Shown here: piece after piece, positions 1 to 12,104 of the stretch | Numbering within the stretch: the first letter of the stretch is position 1 | Layout of the letters: every line of letters starts with the position of its first letter | Origin: Eledone cirrhosa | Taxonomy: Eukaryota | Length of the DNA stretch: 64,000 nucleotides | Direction of reading: 5' to 3' | Assembly (NCBI GenBank): GCA_964016885.1 | Contig: OZ024740.1 | Location: 249,674,001 to 249,738,000 of the forward strand | The notes under the pieces: generated by a model | The model's database searches: none | Told to the model about the DNA's origin: nothing | Seen by the model: the letters and a program-made list of their open reading frames with translations, nothing else | Position numbers and translations under genes: made by a program

Positions 1-4
1 GGGG

Positions 5-12
5 TCACACAT

Positions 13-79
<67 letters not shown>

Positions 80-96
80 CATACACATACACACAC

Positions 97-137
<41 letters not shown>

Positions 138-250
138 CATATACACACCCACACATACATACATATACATATACACACACAAAAATACATACATATATAC
201 ATATATATACACACATATACACATACATACACATACACATACACGAACAT

Positions 251-335
<85 letters not shown>

Positions 336-390
336 TATATACATATATACACATACACATACATACACATATATACATATACACATATAC
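5..390. repeat. (TA)n/(CA)n/(TACA)n compound microsatellite
   Basis: Directly visible. Similar tracts lie at ~590-642, 2713-2802, 9068-9150, 18714-18786, 25160-25235 (GT), 34900-34982 (GTAT) and 60676-60790. Confidence 0.97.
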
Positions 391-579
391 CCAGATTCCT
401 GATGATTTCTAAAGAATGAAACAGTTCTAATCCTGTAGAATCTCATCTATATTAAAACTTTTATACTCTGCAATGTATTGAGTACCTTACTTACTGTGGT
501 TACCTCCGATTCAACCCGGAATAACGTATATATATATATATATAACTTCCCAAATGCAAGTCGATTGAAAGGTATGTCG

Positions 580-646
<67 letters not shown>

Positions 647-737
647 ATAATAATAAATTTGAAGACTAAAATCCAAAGAGGGCTCGATAAGGATAAATAT
701 ATATCAAATATATAAGAACCGTAGAGCAAATATTTAT

Positions 738-1155
738 TAAAATAACAGATTAAAGTTTAAGCAAAGAATCGCTGCTTTCACCCTTAACGGGATCTTCTGA
801 AACTAACAAAGTCAATCTGTAAACGCAGAAGTGGATATTTCAAAAAACGTTGCAACCGGAGGAAGACAGGAAGACGATACTTTAGTTCGTGGAAACGTTC
901 CCTGGCAAAGAACGGGAAAAAACGAATATAATACGTCATTATTTGGAGCGGTGAAAAACAATTACGCGCAAAGGCAGAACCACGTTAATGGTATAAAAGA
1001 GGTCGTAGACTAATGTTCTCTTAGGTGGTTCATAGAGACGTTCTCTGGCAATGAACGAAAAAAACCGAAGATAATACGTCATATGTGGAGCGTAGAGAAC
1101 AATTGCACGCAAAGACTAAACCACGTAAATGGTATAGCAGAAGTCGTAGACTAAA
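738..1155 (-). mobile_element. Internal fragment of a non-autonomous Helitron family
   Basis: 738-940 is homologous to 10932-11130, inside the Helitron at 10504-11434. Contains a ~120-bp imperfect duplication (895-1012 / 1038-1153). Confidence 0.6.
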
Positions 1156-1156
1156 A

Positions 1157-2108
1157 TTCTAACTAGGAGACCGAATGAATCTCCGCTTCAGAGTTAAGAA
1201 CAAAGTAAATAAATACAATACAGAGGTAATAGAAATTAAATAAATACATACACGCATACAAATACGTACATACACAAGCATACGCGAAAACACTTACCAT
1301 AGGTATACAAAACCACGCACATATAAATATGTGTGTGTGTAAGCGTGTATACAAATAAATAAATAATTAAATAAACGAATATAAATAAATAAATACGTAT
1401 ATAACAGCGCACACACATGCCTACATGTAAATACACAAATGTTCGGAGGCGTAAGTCAACCAAAACATGAAGTACACATATACACACACCCTACATACGT
1501 ACGAACCTGCATACTCACACAGAAGGCAAAACACCCGTATACACATAACCAAACCATATGTACCAGAAAATATAAAATTATACGCCATAACATATACAAT
1601 CAAATATACGTACGAGAAGGTATACGTACCTTCACAAACATACAGGTAATATATACTTACCTATGCAAATAAGTAATGGTATAAAGAAAACATATACTTA
1701 GCTACCACATCAAGACGTAAAATATCCACGTATAGATCGTACTATCCGTTAGGGTATAACGTGGGGCTGTAATACAGGAAAGTTTTGTGCAATTTATGTT
1801 TACAAGCCGAAATTGCCTCAGATTTTTTGTTTAACATGTGGTCTGTGGCGTAGAGTATTTCCAGGGCCTCAGCGGCGCACCTGTATGTTTGTGAAGGTAC
1901 GTATACCTTCTCGTACGTATATTTGATTGTATATGTTATGGCGTATAATTTTATATTTTCTGGTACATATGGTTTGGTTATGTGTATACGGGTGTTTTGC
2001 GTCTGTGTGAGTATGTAGGTTCGTACGTATGTAGGGTGTGTGTATATGTGTACTTCATGTTTTGGTTGACTTACGCCTCCGAACATTTGTGTATTTACAT
2101 GTAGGCAT
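1157..2108 (-). mobile_element. Heavily 5'-truncated Penelope-like element with inverted terminal copy
   Basis: 1742-1880 (-) encodes CAAEALEILYATDHMLNKKSEAISACKH, homologous to the GIY-YIG C-terminus at 20885-21050 (CILETHSII...LLNRKSEIFSSCPH). UTR segment 1417-1647 is repeated inverted at 1879-2108. A decayed hammerhead lies at 1157-1200. Confidence 0.7.
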
Positions 2109-2110
2109 AT

Positions 2111-2675
2111 ACATATGAATAAAAATAGACCGAGAAAAATCCGTCATCAGTAGTCTGCTGATTCTCATTGGTATTTCCTCGCATTAAAGACTAGATACCT
2201 AAAATCAGTGCGAGCGATAACTAAATTAAGTTATCGGGACAGAGGAAAGTGAGCACACAACATGGTAGTAACGCAACGTAAAGAGAGGAAAAGAGAGACA
2301 AGTCAATGAATCTTGTGGGCTTAAGTCCGACAAATCAAATGACGAGAAGAAAATAGACATGTCCGAGCCACGAAAAAAGTGAGAGAGGAAAGAATTAACG
2401 CAGGTCAGACGGGAGGAAGTGAGAGGGGAGGAGTAGCAGAGAGTGAGTGAGTGAAAGTATGAGGAAGGAGCCAGCTGAGAGTGTGTGACCAGCAGCAGGG
2501 ATGGAGGAAAGTAAGAGGTAAGGGGGAGAGAGAAAAAGGAAAGCAGTCCCGACAACTTAATTTAGTTATCAATCGCACTGATTTTAGGTATCTGGTCTTT
2601 AATGCGAGGAAATACCAATGAGAATCAGCAGACTACTAATGACGGACTTTTCTCAGTCTATTTTTATTCATATGT
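2111..2675. repeat. Inverted repeat, ~130-bp arms (2111-2240 / 2546-2675) around a purine-rich spacer
   Basis: Arms are reverse complements with few mismatches. Confidence 0.9.
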
Positions 2676-2709
2676 TCATAATCGCAACAACACAGCACGC
2701 CATTTTTCA

Positions 2710-2808
<99 letters not shown>

Positions 2809-2852
2809 CAAAATATTAATAAATGAAGATGTTCACATAATCAAAATATATG

Positions 2853-2913
2853 TTTTATTATATATATTTCGGAGGTACTGTGCTGTTTTTCAGTACGTCC
2901 TCGTCAGATAAAA
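2853..2913 (-). ncRNA. Type I hammerhead ribozyme
   Basis: TTTTAT-CTGACGA-GGAcGTACTG..CAGTACcTCC-GAAA-TATATA-TA-ATAAAA: complete core, stems I and II, and a palindromic short stem III. Confidence 0.85.
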
Positions 2914-3040
2914 TATATGATTTGATATATGACATACTTCTATGGTCTTGATAGTTCAATTCCAGTATTGGCAGATGCTGCCAATACTGGAATTGAACTA
3001 TCAAGACCATAGAGGTATGTCATATATCAAATCATATATA

Positions 3041-3102
3041 TTTTATCTGACGAGGACGTACTGAAAAAACACCACAGTACCTCTGAAATATATATAATAA
3101 AA
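3041..3102 (+). ncRNA. Type I hammerhead ribozyme (mirror copy)
   Basis: Same motif on the + strand; the stem II closing pair is G-U (CTCT-GAAA). Confidence 0.8.
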
Positions 3103-3404
3103 CATATTTTGATTATGTGAACGTCTTCATTTATTAATATTTTGAATAATATTAATAACTCCAGAAAACTTCCTTGTAGAGTGCTTTTAATCTATTGTAA
3201 AACTATATTCATTGAGTAATCAATGAACCATATTAATCTTTGGTTATATATATATATATTTATTTTTATTTCATTTCATTTTATTTTGATCATGCTTTAT
3301 TTTTATTTTTATTTTTAATTTCATTTGCACCGTCTCCTCCCCTTTTCGCTATATGTCTCTCCACCACTCCCCTACACACCCTTTGAACTCTCTTCCCACA
3401 CACT

Positions 3405-3445
3405 TCTCACCCGAGGAAGGGCTTATGCCCGAAACGTCGTTCCCC
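3405..3445 (+). ncRNA. Hammerhead-like motif of a PLE terminal repeat (degenerate)
   Basis: CCGAGGA-A-GGGC-TTAT-GCCC-GAAA-CGTCG-TT; core U4>C, stem I not evident. Preceded by a pyrimidine-rich UTR and followed by AATAAA. Confidence 0.55.
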
Positions 3446-3734
3446 ACCACCCCACTCTCCAGAGCGTGAAATTAATAAACATTCGTTGTACTGCCTCTCT
3501 GTTTTGTTCCTGTTCAAATTTTCCATTATATATATATATATGAAAACAGGGAGAAAGAGACGATTATTAGGAAGAAAATATATTTTTTTCCTTTTTTATT
3601 TCTCTCTCTTTTTTCTGGGTTAGAAAATGATTAAAACGAAATGTTTCACTTTGTGTGAAGTGTTAAGGTATTAGTTGATTTATTTATTATTTAACAATAG
3701 CATTTATTTATCTATTTATATATTTAATAATTGT

Positions 3735-3776
3735 CTATTACCGGTTTCAGCATTTTTATGCATTATCAAATGATAG
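3735..3776 (-). ncRNA. Hammerhead-like motif, U3-A8 core variant
   Basis: TTGATAA-tGCAT-AAAA-ATGCt-GAAA-CCGG-TA-ATAG; stem I is weak. Confidence 0.5.
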
Positions 3777-4012
3777 TGATATGTATTAGTGTGGTGTCGC
3801 ACATGTTAAAGAGAAGGTGCAGAAAGAATAATGTTATTTACAATATATATATATTCATTTTATGTAGATAAATCTACCAAAATATACGGTAGTGTCCAAT
3901 CCGTATGAAGAACTCATATATCCTAGTAACGATCGTAAAATGATGAATTTTTTAATATAAGGAACTGTTTCTTTGTTTTTATTCATTGTTTTTATTAATT
4001 TATATTCATTTT

Positions 4013-4086
4013 ATATATATATTCATTTTATTAAGGCTAAACAGTGAGACTCACTATTTAGCCTTAATAAAATGAATATATATATA
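4013..4086. repeat. ~74-bp foldback hairpin
   Basis: ATTCATTTTATTAAGGCTAAAcAGTGAG-A-CTCACTaTTTAGCCTTAATAAAATGAAT. Confidence 0.9.
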
Positions 4087-4909
4087 TTCTTTTCTTTCAG
4101 CTGTCAACCACATGTGGATGTATATATGTGGTTTTCAGCATGGTGGTTGCGTTGGACGTCTCTATGGATATTGGCAAGTATATTGTCTTATGTACCATTT
4201 TGATTCTATATTTCTCTTAGAATGCTGAGATTATAACTTCTGATGAGTATTCTGAGTCTCCTGTGATTGTCTTCGATGATTGATTATATTGATTGATTTC
4301 TTTGATGATCGATTACATAGATGGGTTTTAAGCTACACTCTACAGAATATGAAATAGTGCTATAAAGTCTCTCTAATGATTTCCCCTGAGTACATATTCT
4401 TCTATGGAATATGTATTTGGTATATATACAATGTACTGTGTTTCCTTTACGATATATGGTTCTTTCTCTCTCTCTATATATACATATATCTTTTTCATTT
4501 GGTTTATATATATGTATGTAACCCGCCACCAGCTGGGATCCATTTCGATATATATATATATATATGTGAAAAAATGGGGAGAAGAATACTGCAGGTTGCA
4601 CATGGATAACATGTAATAAAATAAGTCCCTCATCAGTGATTTGCCGACGATCATAGATATTTCATTGCATTAAAAATCATATACCTCACGTCGGTGCAAT
4701 AATATATATATATTTCGTTTCTGAATTTGTTTAGCAAGATTCTTTATCTGAAAACGTGTATTGAAACCGATATTGTTTTGCTTTGGGAGGGTCATGTTGC
4801 CAATAAGAAACACACGCACCAGTTGCTTCACTCCAATTTATTATAAATTAAATTTATAAATTTCCGGTTGGTTGGTTGGTTCCATAACCGGACGGTTGTT
4901 CATATATTG

Positions 4910-4951
4910 TCAAAGTTCTTTCGTCACACATTCTGTGGCCTCTTCAGTGAC
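4910..4951 (-). ncRNA. Degenerate minimal hammerhead in PLE 3' UTR
   Basis: GTCA-CTGAAGA-GGCCAC-AGAAT-GTGTGAC-GAAA-GAAC-TT-TGAC; stems II and III are imperfect. Confidence 0.6.
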
Positions 4952-5147
4952 TGGAGATTATTTTCTTTGTTTTGTGCCTCTCCTTTGTTCTGTCCTACGC
5001 CATCATGTTTTTGTGTGTGTTGTGTGCTTAGTTTGCGCATGTGTTACATCCGGGTGTCTGTGTGTGTTTTTATTTGTTTATTTATTTGTTTATTTATATG
5101 TTACTGGTTGGTTGTTTGTTCTATGTGTGTGTGTTTTCATTTTGTCC

Positions 5148-7625
5148 TTAATTGTAAGTTGTGATGTTGCTATTGCATTCATGTTTTCTATTTAATTTTT
5201 GTTGGAGTTCATTTATCTTTATTGCCTCTGTGATTTGTCTAAACATTGCGTGTGTAGATTCTATTTTTATTTCTATGTACTCTAATTTGCCCTTATGTTC
5301 TATTTTAGCATGTTGGTGGAGTATTGATGATTCTTTTTTATCTTGACGTTCTCGCCAGTGTTCATTTAACCGTTCTCCTATACTACGAGCTGTCTCACCT
5401 ATGTACACTATATTCTTATCTTTACATTGTCCTTCAGTACATCTTATGCTATATACTACATATCTAGTTTTACAGTTAATATGATATGGATTTCTTATCT
5501 ATACAGGGAGGTCTTTGAAAAGGGTATGTATTGCTAATAAATGTTTTTTATGGAGGTACCTGCTCTTTCTACTATCTTAATATTAAGTTTATGTTTATCT
5601 AGAGCCCTTCTAAATTTGTAAAATAATTCACCTCTAGGGGTTGTATTGATGAACATTACACTCTGGTATTTATTGCTATCATACCATGAGTTTATTCTAT
5701 TAACCTTATTCCTAGTTCTTTCTATTCTATTCCAAAATTTGCTCCTATACAAGGGGCAGGTCCCATTTGTATCATTATTTACCATTTTTCCCCATTTGGT
5801 TCTGGCTCCTCTATATACTCTAATTTTATCTCTCTGATTGTAACCAGAGAACTGCATACGGTGAATGAAGTGTTGTATGTGTCTCTCTAGTTCTTTGGAG
5901 TTGCACATGCAGGACACGTTTCTCATCACCCGTACCAAATCGGCAATCAGTATGTTGATTTTGGTGTGATCCGAAACAGCTGAGTTTCGGTGGATTAGAT
6001 ATTTGGAAGTCATGGGTTTGGCATAATGGGAATGGAGGATTTGCTTTTTGTTATTAATGGTTTCTAACCAGAGCTCTGTGTCTAGTACAGGTAATCGATG
6101 GTTGGGGTGTTTGCTTGGGTAGTCTATAGTAACTCTAATACTCTGGTGGATGGAGTTAGCTATTTGCTGGATGCTTTCCATGGTGTTTTTCTCTAATTCC
6201 TGACTGTTCTCTAGTGGGGGTGTTTTTACTACGATGTTTATATCATCAACGTAGCGGGAGTACATTGTCAGGATTAAGAGGTTGCTATCTTCTAATTGTT
6301 CTTTAAGTTTAAGTTTAAGTCTATTGTCCCACCATACCATGAATAGGTTAGCTATGTCACCTGCAATGCTAACACCAATGGCTGCTCCCTCCTCTTGGGC
6401 ATATGTTTTTCCATTAAATTTGAACATATGTTCCTTAAGGGTTAATTTTATACTGGCCCCCACCGCATGTGCAATCATTTTCTTTAGTTCATCGTGGTTT
6501 TGGGGGTCCGTATGGCTCTGGTCCACTCGTTCCATCTTTTTGTGTGGATTTTCTTGGCCATTGAGGTAATGGTAGGTGGTCTGTCTCTTGCTGGTCTTGT
6601 AGGGCATAGGTTGCTAAGGTCATATGTATCTAGATAATCATTACTATAGGTAAGTTTAAGTAGGAGTCCCAGCTCACTGGTATCAATCCCACGGAATTCA
6701 ACATTGCTCTCACTGATCATTTCTTCGCATTTCTCCACAGCAAAATCCACGTCAATGGATGGGTATAGGGACACAACATCCATACTACCTATTATACAGT
6801 CTGTTAGGTCCCTAGATCGGTTATTTTCGCTGATTCTGCTGAGGAGATCCTCCTTGCTGTCACATATATCTGGGGACATTTCAATGATGGGGCGTATGAC
6901 CAGGGAGAGGAAGTAGGACAGTCTGTAGTTACTAGCAATGTTAGCTCCACAGACTGGCCGTGTTGGTGGTCCTGTGACAGGGTCACTGCTCGTTTTATGG
7001 TCTTTTCGAAGCCCATACAACGCTGGCACGTCATTGTTCCAGGCCTGGAAGTTGTTGGCAGTCCTTTTATTGGGCTGCATTATATTCGTCCACATCATCA
7101 TATGGGCATTGAGGGTTTTCTCCCTATACTCGTGCTCTTGTGGTGTTACTTCTCTTGTGTTAGTGATGTGGGGTTGCATTGCCTGGATGTAGTTTGACAA
7201 ACTGTCAACCGACATTCTGCCAGACTTGTCTGTTGGAAAGCATGCAATCTCTCCATTACGCGATCGCTGCATGAGCTTACGCAAGCAATTTGCAGATTTT
7301 TCTCCCAGTTGCTGGGCCTCCATTCTATTTTGCTTCTTGCTATATTTCTAAGTTTAGATCTAGCTATACTAAATTGTGCTTCTCTTTGTTCATCGACCTG
7401 CGACGGCAATTGCGTGCGTTTGTTAAAAGCTAAAGTCGTGTCGTGGACTCGTCGTAGGTCGAAGGACATATCGGAAGGATTATAAAAAGTAGAATTCCAG
7501 GCTGCTGCTTTATGTGTACTATTGCTGTTGTTATTGTTAGTTGTGTTGTTTCTATTTCTATTTCCACCAACAGCCTCATGGTTGTTTCTATGTCTCTCAT
7601 TATTACTCCTGTCTCTTTCCTCTGG
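5148..7625 (-). pseudogene. PLE polyprotein: reverse transcriptase + GIY-YIG endonuclease
   Basis: PTDKSG, YGLRKDHK, GSMDVVSLYPSID, GAAIGVSIAG..ANLFMVWWD, RYVDD, LPVLD; YSIRC...YIGETARSIGERLNEH...EAIKI..LN. Split over at least 4 ORFs. Confidence 0.92.
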
Positions 7626-7629
7626 CTCT

Positions 7630-7807
7630 GGCAGTATCGGTAGAGAGTCGGGCGCCATGCTTTCCAGCATAGTTACGTCCCTTTACGGTCTGAGTTCAAA
7701 TCCCGCCGAGGTTTACTTTGCCTTTCATCCTTACGGGGTCGATAAAATAAAGTACCAGTAATGCACTGGGTAATTGCTGGCCTTGTGCCTAAAGTAGAAA
7801 CAATTAT
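7630..7807 (+). mobile_element. tRNA-derived SINE (~180 bp; central domain resembles the Meta-SINE domain)
   Basis: A-box-like TGGCAGTATCGG, B-box GAGTTCAAATCCC, and GCCTTTCATCCTTACGGGGTCGATAAAATAAAGTACCAG. About 10 full or partial copies in the window. Confidence 0.85.
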
Positions 7808-8358
7808 CTGTTTTCTGTGTCTGTGTGTTTGTTAAGATTGTGGTGGTGGTGAGAGGCATAGAATGTGTGTGTGTTGTTGTTGTTATTGATGTGTGCTGTT
7901 GTTGATGTGTGTTGTTGTTGTTGTCTCCGTGTATGTTATTATTGTTGTGTGTGTTATTGTTATTGTTGTTTTTGTCTGTGTCTGTTGTTGTTGTCTCTGA
8001 GTATGTTATTATTGTTGATGTGTGTGTTGTTGTTGTTATCGTTGTTTGTGTCTGTGTGTCTGTTGTTGTTGGGATGTGTGTTGTATGTGTGTGTGCGTAT
8101 GTTGTTACTTTTGTTTTTGCTTTTGAGGCTCCAACGTAATTTTGTAAATGATTTTTATATTTCTGACAAGCATTTTATCATATTTACCTTATTATATGTG
8201 GCATATTTAGGTGGTAGCTGTAATATTGATAATTCTTATTGGCAACATGACCCTCCTAAAGCATAACAATATATATATATATAGTAATAAATGTGAAGAC
8301 TAAAATCCAAAAAGGGCTTGACAAGGATTATATATTTTAAAAAACCGTAGTACAAATA

Positions 8359-9061
8359 TCTATATTATAAAGCTGACGGCCGTATGTATGTAACAAACCT
8401 TTCGCCAAACGGCTGGACCAAACAGCACCAAGTTTGCACCATAGATGTAACTTTTTCCAAGTAAGAAAGTGAGGGTATTTTTGTCTACTAAATTTAGTTA
8501 AAAGATTAAAGATATTTTATTGTTTATTTAAATATTCAGTTCTTTAACATTTTCCAATGTCAACACTTCCGGTAAGTAAGCAGTCTCTCTTTCTTAGTCT
8601 GTCTTTTTAGATAGATACATAACTATAACGTTGCACCTTTATAATATTTGTCTCCATGTCTGGCTGTCTACATTACGAAAAACATTCTGTACATTGACTT
8701 CGCTGTGTATATATAGTGTGTGTGTGTATATATATAGTGTGTGTATATACGTATATATATATATAGTGTTAGTATCATAAATAAGATACAGAATTCCTTT
8801 ATACGTATATATACATACATAAACATGTTATTTACAGTTGTATAAAAAAGAAGTATAATTGTTTCTACTTTTGGCACAAGGCCAGCAATTATCTCAGTAC
8901 ATTACTGGTACTTTATTATATATAATATATATAATACAACATTCCTCTCTCTTTCTTACTCTGTCTTTTTAGATAGATACATAGCTATAATGTCACGCCC
9001 TTGTAATATCTCACTGCCTGGCTGTCTGTCGGCATTGACTTCGTTTCTAACCAACTTTTAA

Positions 9062-9150
<89 letters not shown>

Positions 9151-9847
9151 ATTATATATTCGTGTACATATTTTCAACAGTAATACTGTACTATATATTT
9201 TCAACAGTAATACTATACTATACTATGTATTTTCAACAGTAATACTATACTATACTATATGTATTCAACAGTCATACTATACGATACTGTATATTTACAA
9301 CAGTAATACTATACTATATATTTTTAACAGTAATACTGTACTATATATTTTCAACAGTAATACTATACTATACTATATATTTTTAACATTAATATTATAC
9401 TATATATTTTCAACAGTAATACTGTACTATATATTTTTAACAGTAATACCGTACTATATATTTTCAACAGTAATAATGTACTGCACTATATATTTTCCAC
9501 AGTAATACTATGCTATATGTTTTCAACAGTAATACTGTACTATATATTTTCAACAGTAATACTATACTATACTATGTATTTTCAACAGTAATACTATACT
9601 ATACTATATGTATTCAACAGTCATGTTATACTATATGTTTTCGAGAGTCATACTATACTATATATTTTCAACAGTAATACTGTACTATATATTTTCAACA
9701 GTAATACTATACTATATATTTTCAACAGTAATACTATACTATATATTTTCAACAGTAATACTATACTATATATTTTCAACAGTGATACTATACTACACAG
9801 GCGGCTTATAGTCTGTTTATCCAAGCGAAGCTAGGTACGTCAACTAT
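8359..9847 (+). mobile_element. Non-autonomous Helitron with internal minisatellite
   Basis: A|TCTATATTATAAAGC 5' end; degenerate 3' hairpin ATCCAAGCGAAGCTAGGT + ACGTCAACTA; modules shared with 10504-11434. Confidence 0.6.
9165..9795. repeat. 27/32-bp minisatellite (TTCAACAGTAATACTATACTATATATT)n
   Basis: More than 20 visible tandem units, varying in the number of TACTA sub-repeats. Confidence 0.95.
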
Positions 9848-9901
9848 ATATATATAGAACACGTCAATGGTAGCTGGGCGCCAGCCGGACGGGCCAGATA
9901 G

Positions 9902-10500
9902 TCTATATTATAAAGCTGACGGCCGTATGTACGTAACAAACTTTTCGCTAAACGGCTGGATGAAACAGCACCAAATTTGCACCATAGATGTAACTTTTTC
10001 CAAGTAAGAAAGTGAGGGTATTTTTGTCTACTAAATTTTGTTAAAAGATTAAAGATATTATTTAAATATTCACTTCTTTAAAATTTTCAGATGTCAACAC
10101 TTCCGGTTGGCGATCTCTCTCTTTCTTAGTCTGTCTTTTTAGATAGATACATAGCTATAACGTCGCGACCTTATAATATCTGTCTGTATGTCTGGCTGTC
10201 TGCATTACGAAAACCATTCTGTACATTGGCTTCGCTATCTGTGTGTGTGTGTATATATGTATATATAGTGTGTGTCTCTCTCTCTCTCTATATATATATA
10301 TAGTGTTTATATATATAGTGTTAGTATCATAAATAAGAGACAGTTTAATTTATACATTTTATTACAGCATTCCTTTATACGTATATATACATACATGAAC
10401 ATGTTATTTACAGTTGTATAAAAAAGAAGTATAATTGTTTCTACTTTTGGCACAAGGCCAGCAATTATCTCAGTAAATTACTGGTACTTTATTATATATA
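9902..10500 (+). mobile_element. Second, 3'-truncated copy of the Helitron at 8359
   Basis: Direct repeat of 8359-8925, including the SINE tail fragment. Confidence 0.7.
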
Positions 10501-10503
10501 ATA

Positions 10504-11434
10504 CTAGCAGAATGGCCCGGCGCGTTGCTCGGGATTCTAAACATAGATTGGCATTTCTGAAACAGTTTCGTCGTATGTTCCCCAATTGATGCAGACGTCC
10601 TAATAAAAAGTGAAGTCGCCTTGGGTGAATAGGCAAATCATTTTCCATTAAGATATTTCAAAAGCATGTAATTGCGTTCCCTCTCTTTTTTGTTGTTGTT
10701 TTTGCTGCTGTTGGTGTGATAGCGGCCGTTGGTCGTACTACTAACACAGTCTCGTCTTTCTTCAGCCAATCGTGTATATCCCCTTCTGCCTCGTCTACCT
10801 ACAAAATGATTGTAGCACCTCCTTGTACACAATGTTCCTTGTTCTTCCGTGTCGGGCATATGCAAAGAGATTTATCTTACTTCCCACTCTTGAGCAGCCC
10901 ACGTATAGTTGCCCGAGTGAAACACATATATTAAAATAACAGATTAAAGTTTAAGCAAAGAATCGTTCATTTCACCCCTAACGGGATCTTCTGAAACTAA
11001 AAAAATCAATCTGTGAAAGCAGAAGTAAATATTTCGATAAACGTTGCAACCGAAAGAAGACGGGAAGACGATACTTTGGTTAGTGAAGACGTTCCCTGGC
11101 AATGAACGGAAAATAGTGAAGATAATACGTCAGCAATGAGAACAATATTTGTCATAATATCGTAATGCAGACAGCCAGACATACAGACAGATATTATAAG
11201 GGCGCGACGTTATAGCTATGTATCTATCTAAAAGGACAGACTAAGAAAGATAGAGAGATCGCTAACCGGCGCCTAATACGGTCCCTAGGGCATTGGAAAT
11301 TTGAAAGATTTCTTGCTCAAAACACTCACACGACCATAAGTATTACATGTATAAAGTTTGAAAAAGATCGGTTGGGTGGTTCTCGAGTTTTAGGGAGTCA
11401 GTCAGACAGACATTCTCTGTTTTAGATATATAGA
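10504..11434 (-). mobile_element. Non-autonomous Helitron
   Basis: A|TC 5' end homologous to 45198-45352; 3' hairpin CCCGAGCAACGCGCCGGG + CTAG|T; retains a helicase C-terminal remnant (GQLYVGCSRVGS, ~10880-10925). Confidence 0.9.
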
Positions 11435-12104
11435 TATACTAGCTATAACGTCGCGCCCTTATAATATCTGTCTGTATGTCTGAATTACGACATTATGAAA
11501 ACATAAAACGCAGAAGTAAATATTTCGAAAAACGTTGCAACCGAAAGAAAACAGGAAGATGATACTTTGGTTCGTAAAGACGTTCCCTGGCAATGAACGA
11601 AAAAAAGCAAACATAATAAGTCAGCAATGAGAACAATATTTGCTCTAAGGTTCTTATATATTTGATATATATTTATCCTTATCGAGCCCTCTTTGGTTCG
11701 ACTAAGACTATATATATATATATATGAATGGAAACAATGAAACGAAATTTCATTTCTCACTCTTAGTACGGCAGTTACTTAAATGTAAGTATGTATACGT
11801 ACATACATATATGTATACAGACGTACAGTAGTATGTATATATATACATACATGTACACATATATATATATGTACGTATCGGTTTACCGAACACTCATTAT
11901 AATGTTCGGTTTGTTTGTAAACAAACAGCCCGAATTAAGCCGTACAGTGTTTAGCAACCATCGTTGCCCTTTTGTTCAACACTGACAAAGGAACGATGTA
12001 CTAGTTTCAAGCTTATTAGCTATCGTCAGCATCGTATACCTATAAGGGAGCAGTCAGCAAAGTTAGGGTTAACAATGACTATGTTAACCCTAACTTTGCT
12101 GACT

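Larger units (their letters stand above)
2801..3152. repeat. Near-perfect ~350-bp palindrome (3-nt loop ATG at 2975-2977)
   Basis: Centre reads CCAGTATTGGCAG-ATG-CTGCCAATACTGG; the arms pair for ~175 bp. Confidence 0.95.
4770..8272 (-). mobile_element. Penelope-like retroelement, near full-length, degenerate (possibly Nematis-like)
   Basis: Frameshifted RT followed by GIY-YIG; 40-bp inverted termini at 4770-4809 / 8233-8272; hammerhead motif in the 3' UTR; SINE inserted at 7630-7807. Confidence 0.9.

Noticed and set aside
5-370. YIYIY/CVCV-type ORFs here and at 2602-2911, 18619-18864, 34737-35092, 60555-60838
   Set aside because: Translations of microsatellites, not genes.
4620-4645. Further CTGATGA hammerhead candidates (also ~2140-2160, 4240, 13615-13640)
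   Set aside because: No complete stem II plus GAAA; at most remnants.
7630-7720. tRNA genes at SINE heads
   Set aside because: A/B boxes are present, but there is no cloverleaf and they are always fused to the SINE body.
9165-9795. Possible CRISPR array or repeat protein (STVILYYIF)n
   Set aside because: Contiguous tandem units with no unique spacers and no cas genes; a minisatellite.
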